Virus record (IMG/VR): IMGVR_UViG_3300031748_000007
Span: 1-35,391 of that record
DNA: 35,391 bases
Reading direction: 5' to 3' (one strand)
Origin: a virus
Lineage: Duplodnaviria; Caudoviricetes
This document shows, in pieces, positions 1 to 11,173 of this stretch. Positions within the stretch are counted from its first letter, which is position 1; each line of letters opens with the position of its first letter. The notes below the pieces were generated by a model. The model ran no database searches. It worked only from the letters and a program-made list of their open reading frames with translations, and was not told the DNA's origin. The translations under genes and the position numbers were made by a program.

Positions 1-2
1 CA

Positions 3-3000
3 CGCACTAACACACCCGTGAACACCGCTACCGCTACCAATACGCCCGTCAATACAGCCACCAGCACCAACACGCCGCTCTTCACCAACACCGTGACACG
101 TACGTACACGGCCACGGCCACGGCCACGCCGACCAACACGCCGGTGGCCAAGCCGTTCTTCGTTCCGCAGCCCACAGCGACCGCGACTAATACGAACACC
201 CCGCTGCCGGGCAACACGGCTACCGCTACTCGGACAACCACGGCCACCAGCACCAACACCCCTGTCAATACGTCCACGGCAACCAACACCCCGGCCAACA
301 CGCCGACAAGCACGGCCACCGCCACCGCCACGGCTACCGCCACCGTGACGCCAACGGGCTGCATGGTGCTGAGCGGTATGGCAATCTGGTACAAGGCGGA
401 CGCCATTACCGGCGTCGCCAACGGTGCGAGCCTCGGCACGTGGCCCGACAGTAGCGGCAACGGACGGGACGCCACGACGGTGGGCGGCCTTGGCAATCCG
501 ACGTACAAGACCGGAATTGTGAACGGACTGCCTGCCGTGTATCAGAACGGCGCACAGGGGCTGGCGGTGCCCGACCTGCCAGCGACGCCTGCGTCACTTG
601 AGACGTTCATCGTTGTGAAGGCCGACCTTGACCCTCCGGCGGCGTCTCCAGCGTCGGGCTTGTGGCTGTACGGTACGTCGGGGCTCGCGACGCATTACCG
701 GTACCCCGGTGACTTGAACGTGTACGACGGCTTTGGCAGCACCACCCGCCGCAGCGAGGGCAACCTGCCGAACAACCTGGCCGCGTGGAACATATACAAC
801 GTGTCGTCCGCTTCCGCTAGCTGGATCGCCCGGTTCAACGGTGCGCAAGTGTACTCAGATACGACCAACACCGTGGCGATGGGCGGTGGCAACGGGCGCA
901 TCGGCGTGTCGTTCAGTAACTGGGGCCTGGTGGGGTACATCGCCGAGTTCGTGCTGTACAATACCGCGCTGTCCTCGGTGGACCGCGCCACGGTCAACGC
1001 CTGCCTGGCGGCAAAGTACGGCATTACGCTGGCCGTGCCGACCAACACGCCCACCGTAACGCCGACCATCACCCCCGCACCGCGTCCGTTCTTTGTGCCG
1101 CAGCCTACTGCAACGGCTACCGCAACGTCGCTCGCGACGTTCACCTTGACACGTACCGCAACGGCTACCAATACGCCGGTCAACACCAGCACCGCTACCG
1201 TTACCGCTACCGCAACGGCAACAGCGACTGCCACCGCAACGAGCGCCTTTACCACGACACCCACGCCGATGAGCAACCAGTGCCAGTTCGTCGTGGTGAC
1301 GCCACTCTCCAGCGACGGCTTCCCGTACGCGCAAGGTGGCTCGTGGCCAGGGAGTGCAACAGGCTTTGTCACTGGCTCGGCCAACTACATTCAGGCGTCG
1401 TGGGACGGCACGAGCACGTACACGTCGGAGAACTACGTCGCCCGGTTCCCTACGGGTGCCGCGATTCCCGCCAACTCGTACATCGCCACGGCGTGGATGC
1501 ACCTGTTCGTCGGCGCGCAGACGTCTGCCAACACCGATACGACGATCGGCGCGCGGTACTTTGATGCGGGCTCAACGCTTGACTTGACCGACTGGTCCGC
1601 CACGGCGGTTGGGCCGGTGGCGTTCGATATGCCAGGGCCGCTCTCGGGTTACGCCAGCGGCGATCAGAACGTTGCGCTTACCAATGTGGCCAACATCAAG
1701 ACTGGTACCGGCGGATACACCGATCTGCGCCTGGTGGCGGTGCGGCCCGGCGGCGCTGCGCCCACGGGCAACAATTATCTTTACATCGCCACGTCGAGCG
1801 CTCTCTCAACTCAGCAGCCCTTCCTCACAATCGAATACTGCCCGCCGCCACGCTTTATGCCAGTGGTTGTCCCGCAGACACCGACGCCGCTTGCAACGGC
1901 GACGGTCACCAACACGCCCACGTTTACGGCCACGGCCACCGCTACGGCCACCAGCACGGCCACTGCCACCAGCACCGCCACGGCGACGCCCACGCCCACG
2001 TGGACTCCACTGCCGCCCAAGCCGTTCATCATCCCACAGCCCACGGCAACCGTCACCAACACGCCGCCCGCCACTGCCACGGCCACCGCCACGGCCACCA
2101 GCACGGCTACGGTTACGGCGACTGCGACGGTGACGTTGACTCCGACGATTACACTGACGCCTACACCGTCCCCAATGAGCAACCAGTGCACGTTCGCTGT
2201 GCTGACGCCGCTGGCGTCCGATGGCTTCCCGTACACGCAGGGGGCGTCGTGGCCGGGGAGCAGTCCAGGATTTGTTTCCGGCACCGCCAACTACATCCAG
2301 GCAAGTTACGACGGCACCAGCACGTACACCAGTGAGAACTACGTGGCGCGGTTCCCGACGGGTGATGCAGCCCCAGCGGGCGCGTACGTGGCGGCGGCGT
2401 GGATGCACCTGTTCGTGGGCGTTGATACGGCGGCAAACAGCGACGCGACGGTCGGCGCACGGTACTTCAGCGGCACTATGAGCAGCGCCGACTGGGTGCC
2501 GACGCCAACGGGGCCGGTGGCGTTCGACATACCGGGGCCGCTGTCTGGCGTGGCAACGGCGGACGAGAACTACACGCTCCAGAACCTCAGCAACATCAAG
2601 GTGGGTGCGGGTACGTTCACCGACCTGCGCCTGACCACATATCGGCCTGGCGGGGCGGCACCCACCGGGAACAACTACATCTACATCGCCACTTCGACTG
2701 TCTCCTTCCCCAGTCAACGCCCATCGCTGACCGTGGAGTATTGCCCGCTGCCGCGCTTCGCGCCGTTCTTCATTCCCGCGCCAACCGTCACGCCAACCAT
2801 CTACACGCCCACGCCCACGGCCACGGCCACGGCGACCCGTACCGCTACCCCTACGCCGACCAGTTGCTTACCGCAGCAGGCAAGCATTGCCATGTGGTAT
2901 CGCGGCGACGCCATTACCGGTCTGGCCGACGGAGCCTCGCTGCTGACGTGGCCAGACAGCAGCGGCAACGGGCGCGACGCTACCACCGTCAGCGGCCTGC

Positions 3001-4925
3001 CGAATCCGGTGTACCACACCGCCGTGGTAAACGGGCTGCCTGCCGTGCATCACGACGGCACGCAAGGGCTGGCGCTGCCCGACTTACCCTCGACACCCGC
3101 TGCGTTCGACGTATTCATTGTGGTGAAGACCGACGTGGACCCGCCAGCGTCCACGGCCACGTCGGGCTTGTGGTTGTACAGCACGTCCGGCGTGGCGACG
3201 CATTACCGCTGGCCAGGAGACAGCAACATCTACGACAGCTTTGGCAGCACCACCCGCCGTGCGGAGGGCAACCCGGCCACCAGCCTGGCCACGTGGAATC
3301 TGTACAACGTCACCTCGACCGCCAGCGGCTGGACGGCGCGGCTGTCGGGCAGTACGCTCTACAGCGACACGAGCAACGTCGTCGGCATGGGTGGTGGCAA
3401 CGGGCGGCTGGGCGTCTCGTTCAATAACTGGGGCCTGGTGGGCTCCATAGCGGAAGTGGTGGTGTACAGCGCGGAGCTATCGCCATCGGATCGCTCGCTA
3501 GCGGCAGCGTGCTTGGGAACCAAGTACGCGCTGACGATTGCAACGCCCACGCCCACGTTTACGCCCACGCGCACCTTTACGCCCCTCAGCAAGCCGTTCG
3601 TTATCCCACAGCCAACCAACACGATCACAGCCACGCCAACGATCACTGCCACGCCAACGCTTACCGCGACTGTGACCGCTACGGCCACAGCGACGTTCAC
3701 CGTAACGTGGACTCCGGTACCGCCTAAGCCGTTCTTCATTCCCGCACCTACCAACACGGCCACCGGCACGGCTACGGCTACGGCAACCAACACCGGCACC
3801 GCCACGGCTACGCCCACCAACACGCCGGTCGTCAAGCCCTTCTTCATTCCAGCGCCCACCGGCACCGCTACCAGCACGTTCACTGCAACGCCTACGGTCA
3901 CGCCCACCGGTACGGTCACAGCTACTCCGACCAACACGCCCGTGCCGCCCAAGCCCTTTTTCATTCCAGCGTCCACCGACACTCCTACGAATACGGTCAC
4001 GGTAACGCCTACCAACACGGCCACGCCCACTAACACACCGCAGCCGCCCAACCCATTCATCGTGCCGCAGCCCACGGCGTCTCCGACGCAGACGCCGACC
4101 AGTACGCCGACCGTAACACTCACCTCAACACCCACTAATACTCCGGTACCCCCTAAGCCGTTCTTCATCCCAGCCCCAACGGCGTCGGCCACCGGCACGG
4201 TTACGGCCACCGGTACGGCTACGGCCACGCCGACCAACACACCCAAGCCGCCCAATCCGTTCTTCGTGCCGCAGCCCACGTCTACTGCCACGGGCACTGC
4301 CACGGCTACGCCAACCAACACGCCGCAACCACCTAACCCGTTCATCGTTCCGCAGCCCACCCACACGCCAACCAACACGGCCACAGCTACACCCACCGGC
4401 ACGCCTGTACCGCCTAAGCCGTTCGTCGTGCCGCAGACGGTTACTGGCACTGCGACATCAACCGCCACGCAGACGCCGCTGGTGCCGCCCACGCTTACTC
4501 CGGCGCAGGCTCCGTTCTTCGTGCCGCAGCCCACGCAGACGCCCACGCCGTTTGTGGCGTTGGTGCCCACGGGGCACGTGGCCGTGTTTGGTGGCGGCAT
4601 CGGCGACGTGCAGGCATGCGTCAACACGCCAGCGCCCGGTACGCCTGCGCCACCGTACATCTGCGTCAATCCTGCTGCCACGCCGCGTGGCTTTGCCGCT
4701 GCACCGCTGGGCGTACCGGTTGAAGTGCCCAACCTGGGCGGCAAGGTGGTGCGCTGCGCGCCTGGTGATGCCAACCGCGCCTTCTGGTGTCAGACGACGC
4801 CCACGCCCGGTGCCGTGCGGGCACAGGTGGGCTTGGCGGGCACTCCTGTGGAGTACGATGCCACGGGCGACTACGGCATGTGCAGCGCCGCGTCGCAAAA
4901 CTACGTCTGCTCGGTGACGCCATGA
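3..4925 (+). CDS. Giant Thr/Pro-rich repeat protein (5'-truncated) with 2 LamG/ConA-like domains and 2 DNRLRE-like beta-sandwich domains; probable virion decoration, tail or adhesin protein
   Basis: The frame is open from the window edge (cgc act aac aca ccc gtg...). Domain A ([45 protein letters not shown]) occurs at ~357-1030 and ~2863-3540. Domain B ([39 protein letters not shown]) occurs at ~1269-1860 and ~2175-2760. TPT/TAT linkers join them. Family names are recalled from motif similarity. Confidence 0.8.
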   Translation, partial: RTNTPVNTATATNTPVNTATSTNTPLFTNTVTRTYTATATATPTNTPVAKPFFVPQPTATATNTNTPLPGNTATATRTTTATSTNTPVNTSTATNTPANTPTSTATATATATATVTPTGCMVLSGMAIWYKADAITGVANGASLGTWPDSSGNGRDATTVGGLGNPTYKTGIVNGLPAVYQNGAQGLAVPDLPATPASLETFIVVKADLDPPAASPASGLWLYGTSGLATHYRYPGDLNVYDGFGSTTRRSEGNLPNNLAAWNIYNVSSASASWIARFNGAQVYSDTTNTVAMGGGNGRIGVSFSNWGLVGYIAEFVLYNTALSSVDRATVNACLAAKYGITLAVPTNTPTVTPTITPAPRPFFVPQPTATATATSLATFTLTRTATATNTPVNTSTATVTATATATATATATSAFTTTPTPMSNQCQFVVVTPLSSDGFPYAQGGSWPGSATGFVTGSANYIQASWDGTSTYTSENYVARFPTGAAIPANSYIATAWMHLFVGAQTSANTDTTIGARYFDAGSTLDLTDWSATAVGPVAFDMPGPLSGYASGDQNVALTNVANIKTGTGGYTDLRLVAVRPGGAAPTGNNYLYIATSSALSTQQPFLTIEYCPPPRFMPVVVPQTPTPLATATVTNTPTFTATATATATSTATATSTATATPTPTWTPLPPKPFIIPQPTATVTNTPPATATATATATSTATVTATATVTLTPTITLTPTPSPMSNQCTFAVLTPLASDGFPYTQGASWPGSSPGFVSGTANYIQASYDGTSTYTSENYVARFPTGDAAPAGAYVAAAWMHLFVGVDTAANSDATVGARYFSGTMSSADWVPTPTGPVAFDIPGPLSGVATADENYTLQNLSNIKVGAGTFTDLRLTTYRPGGAAPTGNNYIYIATSTVSFPSQRPSLTVEYCPLPRFAPFFIPAPTVTPTIYTPTPTATATATRTATPTPTSCLPQQASIAMWYRGDAITGLADGASLLTWPDSSGNGRDATTVSGLPNPVYHTAVVNGLPAVHHDGTQGLALPDLPSTPAAFDVFIVVKTDVDPPASTATSGLWLYSTSGVATHYRWPGDSNIYDSFGSTTRRAEGNPATSLATWNLYNVTSTASGWTARLSGSTLYSDTSNVVGMGGGNGRLGVSFNNWGLVGSIAEVVVYSAELSPSDRSLAAACLGTKYALTIATPTPTFTPTRTFTPLSKPFVIPQPTNTITATPTITATPTLTATVTATATATFTVTWTPVPPKPFFIPAPTNTATGTATATATNTGTATATPTNTPVVKPFFIPAPTGTATSTFTATPTVTPTGTVTATPTNTPVPPKPFFIPASTDTPTNTVTVTPTNTATPTNTPQPPNPFIVPQPTASPTQTPTSTPTVTLTSTPTNTPVPPKPFFIPAPTASATGTVTATGTATATPTNTPKPPNPFFVPQPTSTATGTATATPTNTPQPPNPFIVPQPTHTPTNTATATPTGTPVPPKPFVVPQTVTGTATSTATQTPLVPPTLTPAQAPFFVPQPTQTPTPFVALVPTGHVAVFGGGIGDVQACVNTPAPGTPAPPYICVNPAATPRGFAAAPLGVPVEVPNLGGKVVRCAPGDANRAFWCQTTPTPGAVRAQVGLAGTPVEYDATGDYGMCSAASQNYVCSVTP

Positions 4926-5161
4926 TCTCCATTGTGCAACGCTTCGAGTTGATTCGACAGGCCGGCATGTTCGCCAAGGCCACCGCCTGCCCCGAGCACG
5001 ACTTCACGGACGTGTCGCGGGACCGGGGCCGGCGCTTGCCGCAGGGCTGGTTGGAGTGTGCGCGGTGCGGGGTGCGCGTGTCGGTGCTGTGTGCGTTCTT
5101 CTACGAACAGGGGCTCCGCCATGCAGAGGCCGGTGCGGGCCGCTTGCGTTCCGCACGGTAA
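4922..5161 (+). CDS. Small Zn-binding hypothetical protein (79 aa)
   Basis: ATG overlaps the previous stop (ATGA); CPEH and CARC motifs. Confidence 0.65.
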   Translation: MISIVQRFELIRQAGMFAKATACPEHDFTDVSRDRGRRLPQGWLECARCGVRVSVLCAFFYEQGLRHAEAGAGRLRSAR

Positions 5162-5179
5162 CGGCGCTATGCGGCGCGC

Positions 5180-5701
5180 ATGAGCAGCTACCGCAACGTC
5201 GATGCCATGATCGATCGGCTGCTACAGCTGCACGCCAGGCTGAGCGCACCGCAAGGCGTGGCTATCGATCGGCTGCGCATGATCACAGCGGCCAGCGCGT
5301 CGATCACCCCGCCGCACGCCAGCGTGCAGCACCGGCTGCTCGTGGAGAAGGTCGATATCATCTGCTGCATCCGCGACGCGCGGTTGAACCGGGTGCAGCT
5401 GTTTGTGCTGTCGGTGTTGTTTCGGCCCCGGCACCGGTACTGCCGGCGCTGCGCCCGCGCGTACCCCGCCGCTACCGAAGTAACGGCCCACTGCCCCCGG
5501 TGCCACGCCACGCGCGACCAGGGGTGGACCTACGAGGCGTTCCCCACCAACAACGTGCTGGCCGAGGAGCTGACGCGCTTTACCCGTACGCCCTGGTACG
5601 AGGAGCGCACGCGCCGATTCCGCAACCGGGTGTACGACGCCGTGGAGGAGTCAATGAAGCGTCGAGGGCTCTGGTACTATGGGCAAGCGGCGTCCGCCTA
5701 A
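5180..5701 (+). CDS. Putative late-gene activator (sigma region-4/ArpU/RinA-like HTH) with inserted Zn ribbon
   Basis: Pattern LNRVQLFVLSVLF...CRRC..CPRC...TNNVLAEEL...RTRRFRNRVYDAVEE; lies directly upstream of the terminase genes. Function is inferred. Confidence 0.5.
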   Translation: MSSYRNVDAMIDRLLQLHARLSAPQGVAIDRLRMITAASASITPPHASVQHRLLVEKVDIICCIRDARLNRVQLFVLSVLFRPRHRYCRRCARAYPAATEVTAHCPRCHATRDQGWTYEAFPTNNVLAEELTRFTRTPWYEERTRRFRNRVYDAVEESMKRRGLWYYGQAASA

Positions 5702-6362
5702 AGCGCACTGGCAGCGCAGCCTGACCGACGGCCGCGCCCGCTGCCAGCACGACGTCTCGGAGGGCGTGCAGTGCCCCAAGCCGGCGCGTCCAGGCTACCT
5801 GCACTGTGCCAGGCACGGTGGCGGCAGCCCGTTGCAGGACCAGTCCAGCACGCACACCGTGGCGCAGCGCCGTGGCGCACGCGCCGCCACCATCCTGGAC
5901 TACAGCGGCGTGGCTCGCCGTGAGTTGTACGCCCGGTACCCGGTGCTGCGGGCGTTCTTTGACCGGTACGCCAAGCTGCCGATGGAACGGGTGGCAGACT
6001 TTCGCGATGTCATTAACGAGATCCGGGCGCTGATGGACTGGCAGAGCCAGTTTCCCACGCTGACGCCCGAGGAGTACTTTGCCGGCCGATTGGCTACGCT
6101 GAGCCGAGGCATCGAGGCAATCGAACGTGCAGGCCGCGCGCAACAAGCCATGCAGGACGTGGACGGCGAGTTGCGGTTGCGCATGGCGCAGCTGCTCCAG
6201 CCAGTGCTCATAGGGCTGGAGCAGCTGATCATTGCCTTTGTGCCCGTGGACCAGCGCACTGCGGCCTTGACGATGCTGCGCGAAGTGGTGACGGTCAGCC
6301 TGGCGCACCCCGTGGTGCCGGTGCCGCTACCGCCACCGCCGGAGGACAGCCCACCGCCATGA
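5679..6362 (+). CDS. terS: Putative terminase small subunit (HGGxS-type Zn motif)
   Basis: RCQH..QCPKPARPGYLHCARHGGGS motif with a helical C-terminus; ATGA-coupled to the large terminase. Confidence 0.6.
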   Translation: MGKRRPPKAHWQRSLTDGRARCQHDVSEGVQCPKPARPGYLHCARHGGGSPLQDQSSTHTVAQRRGARAATILDYSGVARRELYARYPVLRAFFDRYAKLPMERVADFRDVINEIRALMDWQSQFPTLTPEEYFAGRLATLSRGIEAIERAGRAQQAMQDVDGELRLRMAQLLQPVLIGLEQLIIAFVPVDQRTAALTMLREVVTVSLAHPVVPVPLPPPPEDSPPP

Positions 6363-8248
6363 CCGACCCGGCCCCACAGCTGAGCAGCTTGGAACTGGTG
6401 AACGCGCTGCATGGCCGCGTGACGGCGCATGGCCGCGCGCTGGACCTGCCGCCCCTCAGCGTATGGGTGCGCAAGCACCGCATCACCATCGAGCGCCGCG
6501 TGGCCGAACTCGAGACGCGCCCGTGGCTGCGCCAGCTGTACGACGATGCGCATCCGAGCATCGTGCTGCGCAAGGCCACACAGGTGGGCGGCAGCGTGTG
6601 GGCCATCCTCAGCATGTTGCAGAAGTGCGTGGAGGTGAAGAACTGGCGCGGCACGGTGTACTTCTTCCCCACCAAGACCGACGTCACCGACTTCAGCCAG
6701 ACGCGCGTGGGGCCGCTGCTGGAGGAGAACCCCTACTTGCAGACGGTGGTGGGCGACATCGACAAGACCGGCGTGCGCCAGGTGGGCGCGGGGTTCGTGT
6801 ACTTCCGCGGCATGCGCAGCAAGACCGGCATGAAGAGCGTGCCGGCGGACGGCATTGTGTTTGACGAACTCGATGAGGCAACCGACGATGCTAAGGCGAT
6901 GGCCGTGGAGCGGTTGGCCGCTTCTCCGTATAGATTCTGCTATGAGCTATCGAATCCGTCAATTCCGCAGTTCGGCATCGACTATGCCTACAGCGGCGCG
7001 CCGGACAGCGGCATCCCGGGCAGCGACCAGCGCATGTGGCACATCCGTTGCGGCACGTGCAACCGCTGGGTCAGCATGGAAAGCGAATTCCCCACCGTGC
7101 TCGGCGAGACGGATCTCAAGGTGCTGCGCCCGCGCAAGAAGAAGTACCTGACCACGTGGCGCAGGGCTTTGACGGCGGGCATCGACGTGGAGTCGATGGA
7201 CTGGTACCGCTGCTGCCCCACGTGCGGCACCGAGCTGGACCCGCAGCACGGCGAGTGGGTGGCCAGCCGCCCGACGGTCAAGAGTCCGCACGGCTACAGC
7301 CTCAGCCAGCTGTACAGCCCCACCGTGGACCCCGGCAAGCTGGTGAAGCTGTACCACAGCACGCGGCAGCCGCATCACTTCTACAACCTGAACATCGGCA
7401 TCGCCTGGATCCCCAGCGAGGACGTGCTGACCCCTGGCCACGTGCTGCGCTTCTGCGGCGACTACCCCAACGCCTACGAAGACCCCGGCCCCTGCACAAT
7501 GGGCGTAGACCAGGGCAACGCGCTGCATGTGGTCATCAGCCGGCCCGGTCCCATGCCGTTCTGGCGGCAGATTGTGCACATTGGCGTGTACCAGGACTGG
7601 GAGCAGCTGGACCTGTTGATGCAGCGGTTCTCGGTGCGCATGGCGGTGGTGGACCGCCAGCCCGAGCAGCGCAACGCCCGCAGCTTTGCGCTGCGGCATC
7701 CCAAGTGCGTGTACCTGAACACCTACAACGTACACGCCGTGGGTCGCCCCAAGTGGAACGATATTGACCTCACCGTGTCCGAGAACCGCACCGAGATCAT
7801 CGACGTCAGCCGCATGCCGTTCCGCGTGCCGCTGGGCGCAGCGCCCGACCCCAGCCCGCAGACGCCCGTGGTAACGCTGCCCGCGCGCTGCTGGGAGGTT
7901 GAGGAGTTTGCCCGCCACGTGGCCGCGCTGGTGAAGAAGCGCGTGGAGGAGGGCACGGTGCCTGGCAGCCTGCACGAGATGCAGCTGATCAAGCCGGTGC
8001 AGTTTGTGTACGTGGCCAGTGTGCCCGACCACTTTGCGCACGCCTGGGTGTACGACAACATTGCCTGGGCCTTTGACGCCAGCAGCGAAAGCCGTCCCAT
8101 CCGCGACGCCACGTTGCTGGCCGTGGGCAACTTGCGCAGCAACATCAAGCAGCTGCACATGCCCACGCTGTTGCAGAACCTGAGCCGCCGGGACAAGCAC
8201 ATGGAAGGTTACGAGACGGCCGAGGAGGATGAGAAGGAGTTGAAATGA
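6359..8248 (+). CDS. terL: Terminase large subunit, lambda gpA-like family
   Basis: gpA-type Walker A (VLRKATQVGGS), Walker B (IVFDELD), coupling motif (LSNPS), CGTC/CPTC Zn site, nuclease motifs MGVDQG and DHFAHA. Confidence 0.92.
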   Translation: MTDPAPQLSSLELVNALHGRVTAHGRALDLPPLSVWVRKHRITIERRVAELETRPWLRQLYDDAHPSIVLRKATQVGGSVWAILSMLQKCVEVKNWRGTVYFFPTKTDVTDFSQTRVGPLLEENPYLQTVVGDIDKTGVRQVGAGFVYFRGMRSKTGMKSVPADGIVFDELDEATDDAKAMAVERLAASPYRFCYELSNPSIPQFGIDYAYSGAPDSGIPGSDQRMWHIRCGTCNRWVSMESEFPTVLGETDLKVLRPRKKKYLTTWRRALTAGIDVESMDWYRCCPTCGTELDPQHGEWVASRPTVKSPHGYSLSQLYSPTVDPGKLVKLYHSTRQPHHFYNLNIGIAWIPSEDVLTPGHVLRFCGDYPNAYEDPGPCTMGVDQGNALHVVISRPGPMPFWRQIVHIGVYQDWEQLDLLMQRFSVRMAVVDRQPEQRNARSFALRHPKCVYLNTYNVHAVGRPKWNDIDLTVSENRTEIIDVSRMPFRVPLGAAPDPSPQTPVVTLPARCWEVEEFARHVAALVKKRVEEGTVPGSLHEMQLIKPVQFVYVASVPDHFAHAWVYDNIAWAFDASSESRPIRDATLLAVGNLRSNIKQLHMPTLLQNLSRRDKHMEGYETAEEDEKELK

Positions 8249-8378
8249 AGTGTTTGTGTGGATGCGGAAAGCAGACTTTCTCGTACGCCCGGTACGTTAG
8301 CGGCCACAGGTTGCCACCCGTCGGAAGATGAGTATAGCGCAGCGGCTTCGGTGGAAGAACATGCAGGACGGCGAGTAA
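8245..8378 (+). pseudogene. Frameshifted remnant of a homing-endonuclease-type DNA-binding module (CxCGCG...GH plus NUMOD3-like), or two coupled mini-ORFs
   Basis: 8245-8331 reads MKCLCGCGKQTFSYARYVSGHRLPPVGR*. 8328-8378 reads MSIAQRLRWKNMQDGE* in another frame. The junctions are ATGA, ATGA and TAATG overlaps. Confidence 0.45.
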
Positions 8379-8983
8379 TGCCGCGTGACTACAGCCGCAC
8401 CAACTTCCGCGAGTTGCGCGCCAAAGGGTACGCGGACGAAGTGCTGCGCCGCCGCCTGCGCCGCGAGCGCCTGAGCCGCGACAGCCCCGTGCTCCGTGGC
8501 TGGCACGAAGTGGCAGCGGTGCTGCACCTATCCACATCGGCCACCAAGGTGCTGGCTCGCAGCGCGGTGCTGCCGCTGTACACCAGCAAGCTGCATGGCC
8601 GACACGTGCTGGTGGCGTTCCGTGACGAACTGCTGGCCGCATACCGCGACTTGGTGCTAGAGAAGTTCGTTCCGGCCAGCAACGTGCCGTGGAGCAAGCG
8701 TGTGGGCACGGTGCGTACGGCCAAGAAGGTTCTCGAGCTATTGCGTCCGCTGTTGGGGCGGGTCACGCGGCCACCGACGGGGCCGGAATGGGCAGATGCG
8801 GCGCAAGACGTCTGTGAGTTGATGGAGCGCCTGGTGTATGAAAAGACGCAACTCCCTGCCGGCAGCCCCGGCGTCAACGTCGCCACGGGCAAGTGGAGGC
8901 CCGGTACTGCCCCCAACCCTCACGCGCGTGGCAAGGCCGCGCAGCGGCGGACAGTCGCTGGGGCCGGTACCGTTCCGGATTGA
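8378..8983 (+). CDS. Excisionase/MerR-like HTH DNA-binding protein
   Basis: TAATG-coupled start; LRGWHEVAAVLHLSTSATKVLARSAVLP resembles the L.GWKEIA.YL..S..T HTH. Confidence 0.6.
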   Translation: MPRDYSRTNFRELRAKGYADEVLRRRLRRERLSRDSPVLRGWHEVAAVLHLSTSATKVLARSAVLPLYTSKLHGRHVLVAFRDELLAAYRDLVLEKFVPASNVPWSKRVGTVRTAKKVLELLRPLLGRVTRPPTGPEWADAAQDVCELMERLVYEKTQLPAGSPGVNVATGKWRPGTAPNPHARGKAAQRRTVAGAGTVPD

Positions 8984-9593
8984 CGCGCAGCTGCCCGACC
9001 GTCCCATACCGGCGCACTGGTGCACCAGCCAGGGGCGGTGGTGTCGTAAGTTCTGGGTGCTGGGGCCGTGGTGCCTGCGCGTTGACGGTGCGCCCAAGCT
9101 GCACGCGCAGCTGCCGTGCCCGCAGCTGCACAGCACCGTGGAGCCCGCACGGGCCGTTGTGGCGCGTCTACAGCACAGCACGGCCTGCCGGCACCTACCC
9201 GTGGTGGCCACGGGCTTAGACGGGCTGCAAACGCCCCTACAGGCCGCAGCGGCGCTCGCTGGCGCAGCCTGGAGCGCCCGCAGGTACGGTACCCCCACCA
9301 TGCTGGACGCGGCTGGCTTGACGGGCCGCTGCCCCGTATGCGGGCGGGCGTGCGTGGTATGCGCCGACCCGGCTGGCCCGCCGGAGTGTCGCATAAACGG
9401 CTACTGCGTGGTGGCGGAATGGCACGTGGCGCACTGCGCGCCGTGGCTGGTTACGTGGAGTGTGGCCGACGCTGCGGACCCCGGCGGCCTGACCACACGC
9501 CGCTACTACCAGCGCCGCATGCGCCACCCGGACACGCCGGAGCCCCTGGCCGTGGTGCATAACCGCACACAGTCCCGTGCGGGTGGGCGTTAG
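8838..9593 (+). CDS. Hypothetical Cys-rich protein (start uncertain)
   Basis: Fills the gap before the helicase; CPVCGRAC motif; no clear RBS. Confidence 0.4.
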   Translation: MKRRNSLPAAPASTSPRASGGPVLPPTLTRVARPRSGGQSLGPVPFRIDAQLPDRPIPAHWCTSQGRWCRKFWVLGPWCLRVDGAPKLHAQLPCPQLHSTVEPARAVVARLQHSTACRHLPVVATGLDGLQTPLQAAAALAGAAWSARRYGTPTMLDAAGLTGRCPVCGRACVVCADPAGPPECRINGYCVVAEWHVAHCAPWLVTWSVADAADPGGLTTRRYYQRRMRHPDTPEPLAVVHNRTQSRAGGR

Positions 9594-9601
9594 TATAGGG
9601 T

Positions 9602-11173
9602 ATGCAGGCCAGTGTACGCCTGGACGCCACGCCAAGCTGGACGCTGATAACCGAGGCGAGTGATCTCGAACGTGCTACTTCACTGATACGCGCGGCGCTC
9701 ACTGTCCAACTAACCGGCTACCGTCCGGCCGTCTGGGGCCGCAAGGCAGAGCGGTGCTTTCTCTTGCGGCGTGGCGGACAAGCCAGCCGCTTTGCCACGG
9801 GATTTCTCCCACGGGTGGTGAGCACGCTGCGCGCCGCAGGGTGGCGCGTGGACGTGCGGTCTACGCCCCCCGTGCCGCGTCTGCCCGCCGTGCCGTCGAT
9901 CGACCGGCTGAATGGCATCGACAACTTGCACGCGCACCAGGACGAGGCGGCGGCGCGTGCCCTGCCGGTGGTGCGTGCCCGCATACAGGTGGGGACGACT
10001 GGTGGCAAGACGGAAGTGGGCGCGGAGCTGGTGCGCCGCCTGAGCCTGCGCACGCTGTGGACGACCAACAGCGTGGACCTACAGATGCAGACGGTGGACC
10101 GGCTGCGGCTGCGCCTGGGTGCGGACGCGGTGGGCACGTTCCAGCGCGGCATCGACAGTCCGCCGACGGCCCTGGTGTGCGTGGCTACGGTGCAGGCGCT
10201 GCACGCCGCGCGGAAGACATTGCCCGTGTACTGGTGGCGGCAATGGCGCGTGGTTATTGCTGACGAATGCCAGCTGGCCAGCGCCAAGACGTGGTACCAG
10301 ACCATCTTACGCTGCGGCGGCGCGTGGCACCGCTACGGCCTGAGCGGCACGGTGCTGACGGGCAAGCTGGAACGGGACTGGATGCTGGAAGGGGCCACCG
10401 GCGTGCTGTTGGACATCATTGGCGTTGCCGGCCTGGCGGAACGCGGGCTGGCTGCCCTGCCGGAACTGCGGATGGTCCGCGTGCCGCCCGCTGCGTACCC
10501 CAGCTACCACCAGGCGCGGGCGGCGGTGTGCCCCCGTGCGCACCTGATGTTGCAGCGGGCCGCGCACACGCTTGACGATGCCGAGGCGCAGCGGCTGCGC
10601 GCCGCTGCCCGGTACGAGATACGCGCTAACGCCACGCGGCTGTGGAGCTGGACGTACCAGCACGGCATCACGCACAACCAGCAGCGCAACGCTGCCGCGT
10701 TGAAACTGCTGTTGCAGCTGGTGAGCCACGACAACAAGGTGCTGGTGTTGTGCAGCAACCTGGCCCACGGCGCGGCGCTCGAACGGGCACTGCGGCAGCG
10801 CAACGTGCGGGTGGCCTGGCTGAGCGGCCAGGACTCCAAGACGCTGCGGGCCGGCACACTGCGAGCCTTCCGCACGGCCAACAGCGGCGCGGTGCTCATA
10901 GCGTCCAAGATCTTCAACGCGGGTATTGACGCGCCGGAAATTGACGCCGGCGTGCTGCTGGGCGGCGGGGGGCGTACCAGTCCCGTGGACACCATACAGA
11001 AGGTGGGCCGCATGGTGCGCTGGCGTGCGGATAAGACAACGGTGCCGGTGTACGACTTCCTTGATGGCACCGGGCCACCGCGCCCCGGTGTCAAGGACTA
11101 CCTGGCCGCGCACACGGCGGCGCGCGTGGCTGCCTACCGGCGGGCTGGGTATCCGGTGGTGGCATGGCCGTAA
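9602..11173 (+). CDS. SF2 DEAD/DEAH-type DNA helicase (UvsW/XPB/ResIII-like)
   Basis: Motifs GTTGGKT, ATVQAL, IADECQ, GLSGT, KVLVLC, IFNAGIDAP, IQKVGRMVR. Confidence 0.88.
   Translation: MQASVRLDATPSWTLITEASDLERATSLIRAALTVQLTGYRPAVWGRKAERCFLLRRGGQASRFATGFLPRVVSTLRAAGWRVDVRSTPPVPRLPAVPSIDRLNGIDNLHAHQDEAAARALPVVRARIQVGTTGGKTEVGAELVRRLSLRTLWTTNSVDLQMQTVDRLRLRLGADAVGTFQRGIDSPPTALVCVATVQALHAARKTLPVYWWRQWRVVIADECQLASAKTWYQTILRCGGAWHRYGLSGTVLTGKLERDWMLEGATGVLLDIIGVAGLAERGLAALPELRMVRVPPAAYPSYHQARAAVCPRAHLMLQRAAHTLDDAEAQRLRAAARYEIRANATRLWSWTYQHGITHNQQRNAAALKLLLQLVSHDNKVLVLCSNLAHGAALERALRQRNVRVAWLSGQDSKTLRAGTLRAFRTANSGAVLIASKIFNAGIDAPEIDAGVLLGGGGRTSPVDTIQKVGRMVRWRADKTTVPVYDFLDGTGPPRPGVKDYLAAHTAARVAAYRRAGYPVVAWP

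Noticed and set aside
357-3540. Duplicated domains in the giant gene as a possible DGR template/variable repeat pair
   Set aside because: Both copies are in-frame coding domains, differences are not confined to adenines, and there is no reverse transcriptase in the window
695-4774. Long minus-strand Val/Ala/Gly-rich ORFs (e.g. 3359-4774, 695-1384) and other long antisense ORFs (6959-8200, 10307-11695, 25018-26256, 31577-33022)
   Set aside because: Shadow frames of high-GC, codon-biased + strand genes; no recognisable motifs or RBS
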